Shown here: in pieces, positions 12,426 to 25,900 of the stretch
How the letters are laid out: every line of letters starts with the position of its first letter
How positions within the stretch are numbered: the stretch's first letter is position 1
From: Octopus bimaculoides
Taxonomy: Eukaryota
Reading direction: 5' to 3'
NCBI RefSeq assembly: GCF_001194135.2
Contig: NC_068990.1
Location: 69,577,198 to 69,641,197 of the forward strand
Length of the DNA: 64,000 nucleotides
The notes under the pieces: model-generated
Database searches by the model: none
Told to the model about the DNA's origin: nothing
What the model saw: only the letters and a program-made list of their open reading frames with translations
Program-made: the position numbers and the translations under genes

Positions 12426-12931
12426 GTTGTTGTCTTTACGTTGTTATTGCTTTGTTCTAGGTCTTACTCAAAAACCACAAGTAACAGCAAGTTGAACGTT
12501 TTACCGTAGGTGTTTGGCGTTGTAACAAAATTAGAAAGCATTATTATTACTTTGATTAGTCCTTCTCACAGTCCCCACCTTTCAGTAACTCCCTCTTTTC
12601 TTGACCATCTCATTATCGTACAAAAAAAAATCATCATAAAAACGTTTATCGTTGCTCTTTAATTCCATCGATTTCGCCAATCTGTAGGAGATGGGGCATA
12701 CAAACGTCATATGGACCTGACCTACTTCTTTGACTTATCTCACAGAAAATAAGTTTTCTAGTTATACTTTATGAAGCACTTAAGGGATTCTGTTGTCCAT
12801 AAATATTTAAATATCTATCAACAAACCTTTCGTTGTCCTTGAAAGAAATCTTCCGATTCGCCTTTATTATGTCTGCAAATGTAAACCGATATGTCCCAGT
12901 ATATGGTTACACATATTTCAGTATATGATTA

Positions 12932-12997
<66 letters not shown>

Positions 12998-13331
12998 TTG
13001 AATTTTGAAATAAGAGCGGAGAAAACGTTACTAAGTAGCAGAAGGCACTGACTCTGTTACATTATTGTTTACGCTATTCCACTGGTTTCTTTCTAAAGAG
13101 ATATAATACTGCATAGAAAAATAGTGAGCACCGTAGGGGTCGGGAGTGTTATAGAATGGAGAATAACACCCGGTGAGACCAAAAACATCTATTTTCGATT
13201 CACGATTGCAACTTATTTCAATTTTACTTACGGCATAGATTTCCTTTTGCATATCTTCATCTTAAGATCTTTTGGTTCTGTGGAGACTTCGACAGAAAGG
13301 CAGGAAATTAGTTTTCTTTAAACACTGAAAG

Positions 13332-13368
<37 letters not shown>

Positions 13369-13448
13369 ACACAGATAAACACATAAATTTGTGTATCTGT
13401 ATACATCCCCCACATATATCCACAGTCGGATAAACACGTATAAATCTG

Positions 13449-13484
<36 letters not shown>

Positions 13485-13491
13485 AGCACAC

Positions 13492-13532
<41 letters not shown>

Positions 13533-13904
13533 AACACACACACACACATTGCATATATATGTATATATACATATATATATATATGTATACACAGACAAAC
13601 ATAAAATGCGTGCATGTATGCATTATATATACATACATATATATATATATATATATATGCATGTATGTGTGTATGTATCTATGTATATACAATATATATA
13701 TACATGTGTGTGTGTGCACGTGTGCGTGTGCGCGCGTATACAGTGCAATATGTGTGGAGACGCTGTTATAAGCGGAGGGTGCCAGATTGGCGCTCTTGAA
13801 GGTCGAAAACACTTAAAATCCATCTTCCTAATCAGGGTAACAATAATCCCGCGGAACAAGAGTTGATTATAAGAACAGGATAGCTTGAGCGTGTAATAAA
13901 GTGA

Positions 13905-14080
13905 GAAAAGGTGATGGTTTGTTTATGTCCCCGTAAAATTGCGTTTCGGAGAAAGAAACTGATGGTATAAGTATCAGACATAAAATTAGAAGTACTGAGG
14001 TCGATTTTTTTCCCACTGTACCTTTCAGAGCGGTGCCCCAGTATGGCCGCAGTCAAATGACTGAAGCAAGTAAAAGATGA
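13905..14080 (+). mobile_element. SINE family B, 3' part
   Basis: TATGTCCCCGTAA...GGCCGCAGTCAAATGACTGAAGCAAGTAAAAGA. Confidence 0.78.
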
Positions 14081-14083
14081 CAA

Positions 14084-14193
14084 AATATTCTTTCCAATTC
14101 TAGGGAATATTCTTTCCAATTCTAGGGAATATTCTTTCCAATTCTAGGGAATATTCTTTCCAATTCTAGGGAATATTCTTTCCAATTCTCGGA
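14084..14193 (+). repeat. 22-bp minisatellite x5 (AATATTCTTTCCAATTCTAGGG)
   Basis: Copies start at 14084, 14106, 14128, 14150 and 14172. Confidence 0.95.
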
Positions 14194-14988
14194 AATATAT
14201 TTTAAAAGTTATGTATTGAAGGGGAGAAAAAAATGAAAGGGAGAAAACTGTTTGCAGTTATGTGAGTCAAGTTAATAGGACAAATCACAAGTTTAGAGGA
14301 TCGAGACATTATTTCAGAGAAGAAAATAAGAGAGAAAGAAGGAAATAAAGAAAGGTTGATGTAATTTAGAATCCAAAAAGGGGTGGGGTTGAGGAAGTTT
14401 GTCTATATAGAGTAATATAACCGCAGACACACATAAAACACACACACACAGACACATACATACATACAGAAGCATAATCAAATAAAGACTCTGTGGATGA
14501 ATACTTGATATAATGCTTATAAAAGCTAGCTAATGTATGTATATATCTATCTGTGCATACAAGCAAGCTTTTTAGGAAGTATATATATGTATATTTACTT
14601 GAAGTCTTCCTGTAAGGGCGGAGCTGCTTTCTAACAAAGATTCAAATCTCCGTCGTTAGAATATAAATAACAAAACCAATGTCACATTTTGAACTAGAGA
14701 AAAGTCTTGCATATTTTTACTGTTCCATTTACAGATTGTATTTTTAATGTGCGTGTTAGACGTATATAAGTATGTATGAATGTACATAAGAGCACATGCA
14801 GGAATACGTGCACATATGCATGCAAGCTTGTATGCGCGCATATTTGAAAGTATGCACGTGTGTATGCATTACGTATGCATATGTATATGCATACATACAG
14901 CCATGTAAGCATGTATCTACGGATACATTGATGCATGTATGTTTGTATATCTCTCTGTCTCTCTCTCTATATATATACACATACAAAA

Positions 14989-15043
<55 letters not shown>

Positions 15044-15049
15044 GCATGT

Positions 15050-15124
15050 AATTAATGTAAACATCAGGTTGCAATGTTTCACCAAAAAGGACAATTACAA
15101 TTGTCACTAAATGTGACTAGGGTG
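15050..15124 (-). mobile_element. Dispersed end-fragment of the hammerhead 355-bp unit family
   Basis: AATTAATGTAAAC...TGTTTCACCAAAAAGG..AATT.CAATTGTCACTAAATGTGACTAGGGTG is the reverse complement of the end of copy C (about 55403-55477). Confidence 0.75.
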
Positions 15125-15267
15125 ACATGTATCTATGCATGTGTATATGCATATGTGTATGTATGTAAGTAACTATGTATAAAAGTACGCAAATATGTTT
15201 CTATATATGTGTATATATATACAATATATATACAATATATATATATATATATATACCATATATATAC

Positions 15268-15340
<73 letters not shown>

Positions 15341-15647
15341 TGTATGTATGTATGTATATATGTGTGTGTGTGTTTGTGTGTGTGTATGTATGTATGTATG
15401 TATGTATGTATGTATGTATGTATGTATGTATGCATGCATGTATGTATGTATACTTATAAAACAGACAAAGCAATCCCTATGTTCCGGGAGTACGTTGACG
15501 CCGATTCAAAACCACCAATCCAGTTTCGCTAATCATTTGGAAACTTTCCATTTGAGTTGTTTACGTACGTTCAGAGTATCATAAACGTCATAAATTGGCC
15601 CTCTCTATCCCAATAACCTTGAAAATGAGATTTGTTTTGCTCATTTC

Positions 15648-15690
<43 letters not shown>

Positions 15691-16359
15691 TATATGTGCA
15701 TACATGCACGCACGCGCGCACAGACACACACAGACACACACATATACACACACACACACTTGGTAAAACACAGGAGAAAGTGAACTCGATCCATAAGTAT
15801 ATATATATATATCTTTATACATATTTTTTAGCGGCTGAAAGTCACAAAATTCACTGAAGGGAAACGTTTCGCACCTGACGATTAACAGGTAAGTGCCGAG
15901 GACGAAACTTTCGACCCCAGAGTAACTTTTCTACGTTTTGGCTTATCAAAAGATAAGTATGCTTTTGATGGGTGTAAACGGATAAAGTACTAAATACAAA
16001 ATTCTGCATAACTTACTAAAATTGATTAGAAGCTGAAGTTTCTTGACTCGCAACTCCGTGCTTACCGTCTCCGATAATTTAAAAAATGTCAGTAGAGAAG
16101 TAGCGTGACAATATACAAGTAATAATATTTGTTGAAATATGATTCGTCGTTGAGATTTGATTGGTTGAAAAATCATTAGAAAATGCATCGCACATTCATG
16201 TGCTCATTTGTCATGTGTAGAAAATGTCATGTCATATAGTTATCTTCTCAGAAGGAAAACACGTGGTATTTTCCTGTTCTAAGTATCGTATGTGTAAAAC
16301 ACAAGAATGCGAAGATGTGAATACTGTTGAAGTGAGCGTTCCGATAATTTTAATTACTG

Positions 16360-16439
16360 TTGCTAATTCCTCGTCAGTTATAGTCCAAAAGATCCTAATA
16401 ATTTCACACCTTTAACGATAACTGGCGAGGAATTAGCAA
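16360..16439. repeat. 22-bp inverted repeat with 36-nt loop just upstream of the PLE fragment
   Basis: TTGCTAATTCCTCGTCAGTTAT / ATAACTGGCGAGGAATTAGCAA, one G-U type mismatch. Confidence 0.85.
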
Positions 16440-16469
16440 GGTATGTGAATTTTCTGTTTGTTTCCTTAT

Positions 16470-17065
16470 TGCGTCTTTTGCTCAAATTTAGGAACTGATA
16501 TATATATGGTAATTAAAAACAACACCACAATCACAACTGATATTTATTACAAAAGCACAGATACACACCAGTACCTAAATTTCAAATCATGCTACCCAAT
16601 ACATACAAAAAGCAACATCCCATACTGTCTAGCCAGAAAAATTTGTACTATAGTAGATGACCCAAATACCAGGAACATACGACTTATAGAACTCAAAGGA
16701 TTTCTGCCCAAACAAAATTAGCCTCTCCTACTGATAGAAAATAGCATACAACGAGCAAAAGAGATACCTATAAAACAGCTTAGGACAACATGAGGAAGAT
16801 GAACTCATCAACAGAACACAATACTATTTCTAGTAACACACAATCCGCATCACCAAAACATTTTTAACATCATCAAAGCAAATTTGCCAATCATGAAACA
16901 AAGTGAAAAATTTTAAAACATAATAACTAATCAACCACTTATCTTAAGCAGAAGGCAATCATATAACCTAAAGAAACTATTAACAAAGGCAAAATTCAAC
17001 ATGAACAAAACATTCACAGTATCCAAGTATAATGATAAGAGATATGGAACGCGTCAAATACATTA
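16470..17065 (+). mobile_element. Penelope-like element fragment (RT C-terminus/thumb and linker towards GIY-YIG)
   Basis: TDIYYKSTDTHQYLNFKSCYP.HTKSNIPYCLARKICTIV, then THNPHHQNIF..IKANLP and LSRRQSYNLKKLLTKAKF, ending in a decayed Cys motif (SKYNDKRYGTRQ). Confidence 0.85.
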
Positions 17066-17164
17066 GAACAAAAAAAAAAAATGGACAGATTTTCGCAAAT
17101 GAGTGGATGTATATATATGTGTGTGTGTGTGTGTGCCACCGCTTGACATCCAGCTAATTCGGAG

Positions 17165-17339
17165 ATGTAGGTAATCGATTACATTGATCCCAGTTCTCAA
17201 CTGGTACCTATATTATCGACCCCGAAAGGATGAAAAGCAAAATGGACTTTGAGACGAAATTTGAACTCAGAACACACAGACGGACGAAATACCGCTAAGC
17301 ATCTGGCCTCGCGTGCTGACGATTCTACCAGCTCGCCGC
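17165..17339 (-). mobile_element. SINE family A
   Basis: Reverse-complement match. Confidence 0.85.
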
Positions 17340-17611
17340 ATTTGTGAATTCTAGCGTATTAGTAAGTAGTTTGATTAAAGAAAATTATAACTGTAATAGT
17401 TAAAACAGATGTAGGTAATGAAAAATGAACCAGTTCTGATTAATTATAATTTCACTCTTAATCATCTTTAATTCTTACCTCTAACCTGCTGTACTTTACA
17501 CTTATATATCTTCATTAATTCTGTAATATTTTCCTGAATTTAAATTGTAAATCTACTGCGAAACACCAACTCACTCTGTAAACATATGAGTTACTTCCTT
17601 TTCTTACTGCC

Positions 17612-17882
17612 TAAATATAAACTTATCTAGTTAAGCATTTATTTGTAATTGTCTCTGTCAGATATTTGCATAGTTTTCTTTAATATATGTTATACAACAG
17701 AATTAACATCAACAGTATTTATCATAACACATATACAATCTCTAACTCCACCTTCTTTCGTATTTTCTTGTGTAATTTGTGCTCAAAGAATGTCTCAGTG
17801 TAACCGATCCGTTTATAGTGTGTAGATGTACATACGTACGTTTGTATGTATGTATGTATGTATGTATGTATGTGTGCATGTA

Positions 17883-17918
<36 letters not shown>

Positions 17919-18362
17919 ATATATATATATATATGCACTCACCCATACATACATACATATATATATATATATGTATAGATAGACAGTATATATNNNNNNN
18001 NNNNNNNNNNNNNNNNNNNNNNNNNNNNNNNNNNNNNNNNNNNNNNNNNNNNNNNNNNNNNNNNNNNNNNNNNNNNNNNNNNNNNNNNNNNNNNNNNNNN
18101 NNNTAAATATAAACTTATCTAGTTAAGCATTTATTTGTAATTGTCTCTGTCAGATATTTGCATAGTTTTCTTTAATATATGTTATACAACAGAATTAACA
18201 TCAACAGTATTTATCATAACACATATACAATCTCTAACTCCACCTTCTTTCGTATTTTCTTGTGTAATTTGTGCTCAAAGAATGTCTCAGTGTAACCGAT
18301 CCGTTTATAGTGTGTAGATGTACATACGTACGTTTGTATGTATGTATGTATGTATGTATGTA
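17612..18362. other. Identical ~255-bp segments on both sides of the gap 17994-18103 (probable assembly overlap artefact)
   Basis: 17612-~17870 and 18104-~18362 appear identical by eye. Confidence 0.8.
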
Positions 18363-18494
18363 TATTCATGTATATTATATAGCAGAAACTGACTCTCAAA
18401 CACTGAACATTTAGGTGTCTAGACGTCAAGAGCTAAGAAGTATTTCACGTCCTTTCATTTCTCTAGGAATATGTTTTAAAATCCATTCAAACCG

Positions 18495-18720
18495 CTTTTA
18501 TCTTTTGTCTGTTACTTGTTTCAGTCATTAGACTGCGGTCATGCTGAGGTCGAATGAACCAATTGCAATACATATTACTATTAACTATTTCTTTTGTTTT
18601 GATTTTTTGAAGTCTATCGATCTGTTTCGGCGAACCGCTATATACGGGGACGTTAGCACACCAACACCGGCTGTCAAGCAGTGATGGGAGACGAACACAG
18701 ACAGACAGACAGATACACAG

Positions 18721-18750
<30 letters not shown>
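18495..18750 (-). mobile_element. SINE family B, 3' part
   Basis: Reverse-complement match. Confidence 0.78.
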
Positions 18751-18752
<2 letters not shown>

Positions 18753-18823
18753 TGCGACTAACAGGCGAAACTAGTCTAGTCTAGTAATCCTAGAGTCGCT
18801 TATGGGGCGGTTATCACCACTGT

Positions 18824-18872
<49 letters not shown>

Positions 18873-19009
18873 TGTGTGTGTGTGTGAGTGTGTGTGTGTA
18901 GATACACACACACGCACGCACACATATATATTATGTACACACGCACACATATGTGTGTGTGTGTATGTATGTATATGTGTATGTATGTATGCATGTATTT
19001 TTATTTATT

Positions 19010-19143
19010 TATTTATGTGTTTCAGCCAAGTGGCTGCGGTCATGCTGGTATATATATATGATGGGAGTTTTTCTGTTTCCGTCCACTAAATCCACTCACA
19101 AGGCTTTGGTCAGCCCGAAGCTATAGAAGACACTTGCCCAAGT
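19010..19143 (-). mobile_element. SINE family B, internally deleted
   Basis: CCACTCACAAGGCTTTGGTC...GACACTTGCCCAAG. Confidence 0.72.
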
Positions 19144-19502
19144 TTACCGTGCTGTCAAACTGTACACAAAACCAGTTCTAAGAAACTATACCATGATTAA
19201 CTTTGTGCAATTTTTGTACAGTATCTTCATAGAAAGCAAAATAATTTTTCAACATTAAGTAGATAATACTATAAATAATAGCATGTAAGTATTGGGTTGA
19301 ACACCCTTGGATGGAGAGAAGCCGAAGACTACCTGTTAGAGTTTGTATGTGATGTTTACATGCTATTATCTATAGCATTGTCTACTTCGAGAGTTCCACC
19401 GTTAAGAAACTTACTTTTCTTCATATTCTTATAATGTAAAATTTAAAATATGCATATGTATGTATGTATATATATGTATGTATGTATGTATGCATATGCA
19501 TC

Positions 19503-19583
<81 letters not shown>

Positions 19584-20936
19584 CAGCAGTATGATTCCNN
19601 NNNNNNNNNNNNNNNNNNNNNNNNNNNNNNNNNNNNNNNNNNNNNNNNNNNNNNNNNNNNNNNNNNNNNNNNNNNNNNNNNNNNNNNNNNNNNNNNNNNN
19701 NNNNNNNNNNNNNNNNNNNNNNNNNNNNNNNNNNNNNNNNNNNNNNNNNNNNNNNNNNNNNNNNNNNNNNNNNNNNNNNNNNNNNNNNNNNNNNNNNNNN
19801 NNNNNNNNNNNNNNNNNNNNNNNNNNNNNNNNNNNNNNNNNNNNNNNNNNNNNNNNNNNNNNNNNNNNNNNNNNNNNNNNNNNNNNNNNNNNNNNNNNNN
19901 NNNNNNNNNNNNNNNNNNNNNNNNNNNNNNNNNNNNNNNNNNNNNNNNNNNNNNNNNNNNNNNNNNNNNNNNNNNNNNNNNNNNNNNNNNNNNNNNNNNN
20001 NNNNNNNNNNNNNNNNNNNNNNNNNNNNNNNNNNNNNNNNNNNNNNNNNNNNNNNNNNNNNNNNNNNNNNNNNNNNNNNNNNNNNNNNNNNNNNNNNNNN
20101 NNNNNNNNNNNNNNNNNNNNNNNNNNNNNNNNNNNNNNNNNNNNNNNNNNNNNNNNNNNNNNNNNNNNNNNNNNNNNNNNNNNNNNNNNNNNNNNNNNNN
20201 NNNNNNNNNNNNNNNNNNNNNNNNNNNNNNNNNNNNNNNNNNNNNNNNNNNNNNNNNNNNNNNNNNNNNNNNNNNNNNNNNNNNNNNNNNNNNNNNNNNN
20301 NNNNNNNNNNNNNNNNNNNNNNNNNNNNNNNNNNNNNNNNNNNNNNNNNNNNNNNNNNNNNNNNNNNNNNNNNNNNNNNNNNNNNNNNNNNNNNNNNNNN
20401 NNNNNNNNNNNNNNNNNNNNNNNNNNNNNNNNNNNNNNNNNNNNNNNNNCCCCCCACTACCACCACCACCACCACCACCCAAGTCCCCGACTAACCAAAC
20501 AGCGCAGCTAAACAACCAGGCAACCTACCACATGGACAGCAGTCATCTAAAGAAGCACTTCACCTACAAACTTGTTCTGTTATCAATTCTTAGAATACAT
20601 TGATATTGTTATCTGTAAATGTTATCTCTGCCGTTACTCTACATCTCCATTATCTCTCCTCTTCTCAAAGCATCAACCATTCTCTTTGTTCTTTGATGCC
20701 ATTGGCCAGAAATATTTCTTGCAAAATTTCTGCATCATCTTTTAAAGATATTGGCACAACATCACGTTCTAGTTCTACCATAACTTTATAACTTTCCAAC
20801 TTTATATTACATGCACACGCGCACACATATATGCACACACACACATACACGCACTCGAGCGCGCACACCATGCACTCCACATACAGGCGCATATGCAACC
20901 CCACACATGCACATATGCTACCACACACATTCACAT

Positions 20937-20981
<45 letters not shown>

Positions 20982-21285
20982 GCGTATACACACATAGATA
21001 AATACACATATACCTATATATATAGATGTAGATATATGCATAAATATATGCATATATATAAATATAGATATTGCTTCTATGGGGACATTTAATGCGCTTT
21101 AGTTTTTCTCACGTGAACAAATATATATATATATATATGTGTGTGTCTGTGTGTATATGTATGTATGTATGTACGTATGTATATGTCTATATCTATGTAT
21201 GCGTGTATATATATAGCTATATATATAAATATGTATATACATATATATACACACACACATATATATATATATGTATGTATATATG

Positions 21286-21318
<33 letters not shown>

Positions 21319-21613
21319 GCATATATACATGTATACATACATAATACATACATACATACATACATACATACATACATACATACATACATACATACGTACA
21401 TATGTATTGCTGATGTCATAAATATTTTAAACTTCGAGAGAACGTAAAATAAGTATTTATTGCAACGGCGAAACTTGAAGCAGATAAGGCTGTTCGTGAT
21501 ATCGTGTAAATATTGGGTTAAAAAACCGTTTAGATAGAAGAATTTGAAGGCTGCCCGTGGGACACGAACCCCATATATAGATAGATAAATATAGGCGGAC
21601 AGACAGACAGACT

Positions 21614-21647
<34 letters not shown>

Positions 21648-22077
21648 TGGACAATTAGCTAGATAGAGATAGATAGATAAATAGATAGATAGAAAGAAAT
21701 AGAAATAGAAATACACACGTTATATGTCTGTGAATGTATATCAGGTCTGTGCTGTGAGTAAATACGCAAGGTAGGCTGTAGGTATTAATAAACCAAATTG
21801 TGAGCGAAAGTCTTATCACTGCGGAGACGATACGTAAAAATATTTTGACAGCAGTATTTGTTCATATATGTATATAGGTAAACACACACACACACACACA
21901 CGCACACACACACACACACACACGAATAGAAAGGAATAAAAAATGTTCAGTAAGCTGTCCGTATATACTCTTTTAAACAAACATACATAGACAACTATAA
22001 GCACCATTATATATATAGAACTTGGTAGGCAGGCATTTTTTTTTTTTAATTTCTACTTATGTCTATATTTATACCGA

Positions 22078-22079
22078 TG

Positions 22080-22126
<47 letters not shown>

Positions 22127-22127
22127 G

Positions 22128-22182
<55 letters not shown>

Positions 22183-22183
22183 G

Positions 22184-22220
<37 letters not shown>

Positions 22221-22221
22221 A
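22078..22221. repeat. (TCTA)n microsatellite, representative of dozens of (CA)n, (TA)n, (GATA)n, (CATA)n, (AAT)n and (GAA)n tracts in the window
   Basis: Directly visible. Confidence 0.95.
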
Positions 22222-22586
22222 GAGATACAAATACAAATCTATAGATTTCTTTCTCTGTATACACATATGCACATATATAATCATTGAAGTTTTGAAACAG
22301 CTGTAAAGATTTACGTAGGAAAATATTTGTGCTTCGTTTCATATATTCCCGGTTACATTTGTATAACATTTTGAGTAAATGATGATATAATAAATATCAT
22401 ATATATCTATACACCTTTTATCTTTGTACTTGGATATGCGGGTAGCTTGAAAATACTTCACGGAGTGTCAAGCGTAATCTGCATAGTCAGGGGCTGCCCT
22501 TTGACCAAGCATAGCACCCGTTCATCCACCCTGCCAAAAATACGGCGAAGTCATGGGACTGCAGCATGGCGGATTGTAAAGAGAGA

Positions 22587-22636
<50 letters not shown>

Positions 22637-24214
22637 AAGAGAGAGATGGTGTTGGCGGTGGTGGTCGTCGTCGTCATCGTGGAGGTGGCGATGGTGAGTG
22701 CATAATGAAAAGTTTTTTTTTTTAATTGAACTAAGTTTTTATATCACCTATCACTTAACGCATGAGCATCCCAAACTTGCCATTCACTTCTGAAAAAAAC
22801 TAGTTTCCCGTCCGCCTGCCATATGCAATGATTATCAATAAATCACAAGGGCAGACATTTGATAAAACGGGGCTGTTCTTGCGTGAACCTATATTTCGTC
22901 ATAGTCAGCTATATGTTGCATTCTGAAGGGCTCCAAATATTATCTGATGTAAGAGTTAAAGTTTTCAACACAGACAAACAAGGAAAAAGAAGAAGGAGAA
23001 CTTACACGAAGAACATAGTCTGCAAAGGAGTATTGGATTGAAAGGTGTACGCCTTGGCTTATAAGTTACCAATGATATGGTTTTCAGAGTATGCCATGTT
23101 GCATTAAATTTTTACCCCCATGAAATTGTGACCCCTATATTTTACATATAAAATTATTATTTTTTTACTATAAAACTTTTGTTTTCTAGAAATGAAATTG
23201 TGACTATGTAAATTTTAAAATGCAATTTTTCTGTTTATGAGAAAAATGGAAAAAACAAGAGTGAATATTTATTTTATCAGTGCTGTGTATTGAGTATAAA
23301 ATTATGCATAAAGTGTATATATAAAGAGCATTAAGTAGTCGTCGTATTTCCTTCAATTTTCAATGAATAGTAGATGAGCCATTATCTTTTGATACAGACA
23401 CCGCACAGGCTACGCTTTCAGGTTTTTGGATAAAGTTTTCAGGAAAATTCCAATACGTTTACTATTAATTCCGTGAAATATTCACGGCTCCCACTAGTAT
23501 TCATTATTACTTATTTTAAACTCACGTGAAATTTAATTTCTATAACAATATTCTGCCCCATTAATAGAAAAGACACACCCAGGTGCATCCTACATACCCT
23601 GCAATACCACTCACTATATAAAAGCAGAATCCTTTCTACCTTCATGACACTATATGCAATTGATTCTGAAGTTGGACTCACAATACGTAGGTTCTTTAGT
23701 TTAACTTTTGATTCACCTTTGGATAAGGGTTATGAGGATAGAATAAGCAGAGGACACATTTCCTTGTTTAATAAGGTTAAGAGGGAGTGTTTTTAAAAAT
23801 TATTTCAACTTGTTCGACTCCATAGCAGAGGAAGAAAATGATGAATACAGTCTCTATATTTCGTCTTCCCATTGATACAGAATGTTAGGAGAAGAAATAC
23901 AGTTTGTCTTTAGGACCCGAATGTATAAAAGCGAAATGACTTGATCATCCATTGGTTGACACCTGTTATATAGAAATTGTTGCGTTTCTAGGTCGGACCC
24001 TTGATTCCGCCATGTTTTAGCTTGCTCAGTTGGAAAATATTGGAATTAAGATCTTGTAAGATTGTTACCAATAAGACTTGCGCCTTAGCTATATCATCAT
24101 TTTCCCTTGGATATTACTACCTCGAGTTCGGGGACTGAAATAGCCATAACCCGGTTTTCATGGCGTGTAAGTCATTAAAATCTGAATATTCCTCTTTCTA
24201 CGAGATTCCAGTTT

Positions 24215-24365
24215 GTCGCAGGGTTACTCATTTACAGCTGATTGGACTGGCGTAACGTGAAATGAAGTGTTTTGCTCAAGAACATAACGCACCGCCCAGT
24301 CTGGGAATTGAAACCAAGATGTTGCAGTCGCGAATGCAACACCCTAAACACAAGGCCATGTGCCC
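24215..24365 (-). mobile_element. CORE-like tRNA SINE (family C-related head)
   Basis: Minus strand TTCTTGAGCAAAACACTTCATTTCACG...TCAGCTGTAAATGAGTA resembles the CORE domain. Confidence 0.7.
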
Positions 24366-24769
24366 TTGTTATATAAGGTTTATTTTATTTACTTTCTTAA
24401 AGTTCCAGAAATTGGAGCTAAGCATCGTCTTATGGAGCGAAATAATTACTTTTTGCTTTTAGTTACTTTGTAATTCAGTTAGGGTGCCTCTATTTGGATG
24501 CTCCACTTATAGAAATATAGCGACCAAATCTTTTTTCATATAAATTGTATTAAATAAAAGAAAAAAGAAAAAAGAAAACAAAAAGACGGAAATGACATAG
24601 TGGATGATGCAGTCTTAGATACACTTTGCCTAAAGAAGAAAAGCTGGGATAATATATGTCAGGAAGCTCTTTCAGTCTTTGGTTTGCTTGACCAGGTATG
24701 ATCTAGGATTAAATAAAAAGGCCAGAAATGAGGTTTTTAGGAGTGGGGAGAGCAGAGAATCTGTCGAAG

Positions 24770-25250
24770 ATATGGGCCCCAGCATATGACAGGTACTTCA
24801 TTTCATCAGCTTTGGAAGGATGAAAGATGAATGTAAAGTACCAGGACAAATATTGCAAAATGTTGTGCTCGGCGGTTAACAAGTTTGTTGTGCCACGCCT
24901 TCCGCCTTTGACTTAGGACGGTTTGACTGTTCTTTGGTAAAAGGTACCAACACTGGTAATTTATTTCATCGACCTCAGAGGGATGAAAGGCAAATTTGAC
25001 TTCAGTAGAATCTGAACTCAGAACGTACAGAGCTGCAAAGCATTTTTACCGACGCTCTAGCTGTTCTGCCAATACTCCGTCCTTGGACTGTAACATAATA
25101 ACCTTTCTAATTTCGGCATACGGCCAGCAGTTCTGAGGGGAGGGGAAGGCTGATCCCATCGACCCCAGTATTGAACAGGTATGCTGAAACGATGAAAGGC
25201 AAAGCTGACCTCGGTGACATTTGAAACCAGAACGTATAAAAGACGGAAAA
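24770..25250 (-). mobile_element. Three adjacent degenerate family A SINEs (about 24770-24905, 24945-25075, 25095-25250)
   Basis: Repeated GGATGAAAG.CAAA...TTTGAAC.CAGAACGTA motifs. Confidence 0.75.
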
Positions 25251-25704
25251 GCCTGTAATTTAATAGCAAGTAATTCTTATTGAAGAAATGATTAAGTAAC
25301 AGTTATTGATCAAGAGATTAACTGTTCGTATTCCGTTAAGTTATATAGCTAATGGATTAAGTTAACTCGCTGCTTCGACCAGGAACTGAACTCACGACAT
25401 TGCGATCTTGAGTCAAGCATCGTAACCACAAGTTCACACACTGTCACGATAATTATACAATTTAACACTGAAACAGTTATGTCATAGTAAAAGTGACCAG
25501 TGTTTTGCAGCCCGTCGCTATAGAGCTAGCATGGTAAGGATTACTGCAATAATCTAGTGACTAATCCAAGACAGTGGAGTTGCCTCACCAGTGCAGAGAC
25601 TGAAGGTAAGTAACAGCCTCAGGTATTCACGGGATCCGAACAGAATTAGCTTAAAATGTAATAAAGAAATTAACTAGCTACAACATTCCTGTTACAAGCG
25701 ATAA

Positions 25705-25900
25705 ATGGGTGGCAGAATCGTTAGTGCACCGGACAAAATGCTTAGCGGCATTTCTTCCTGCTCTTTAACGAGGACAAGTTTGTCTTTCGCCCTATCAGAG
25801 TCGATAAAATGAGGTACCAGTTGAGCACTGGGTCGGTGTGCTCAACTTACCGCCTCTTTCTAAAATTGAATGGCCTTGTGCCAAAAATTTGGGACAGTTA
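25705..25900 (+). mobile_element. SINE family A
   Basis: GGCAGAATCGTTAGTGCACCGGACAAAATGCTTAGCGGC head. Confidence 0.8.

Noticed and set aside
14084-14193. Regular 22-bp repeats (also 43915-43987) as CRISPR-like arrays
   Set aside because: Head-to-tail with no spacers, in eukaryotic DNA: ordinary minisatellites. The shared 22-bp period is probably coincidence since the sequences are unrelated.
15860-15915. CTGACGA ... GGACGAAAC hammerhead-like words
   Set aside because: No stem II pairing between the words and no stem I after a cleavage triplet; the region folds better as a simple hairpin.
17612-18362. Apparent perfect tandem duplication
   Set aside because: Identical copies flank an assembly gap, the typical sign of unmerged contig overlap.
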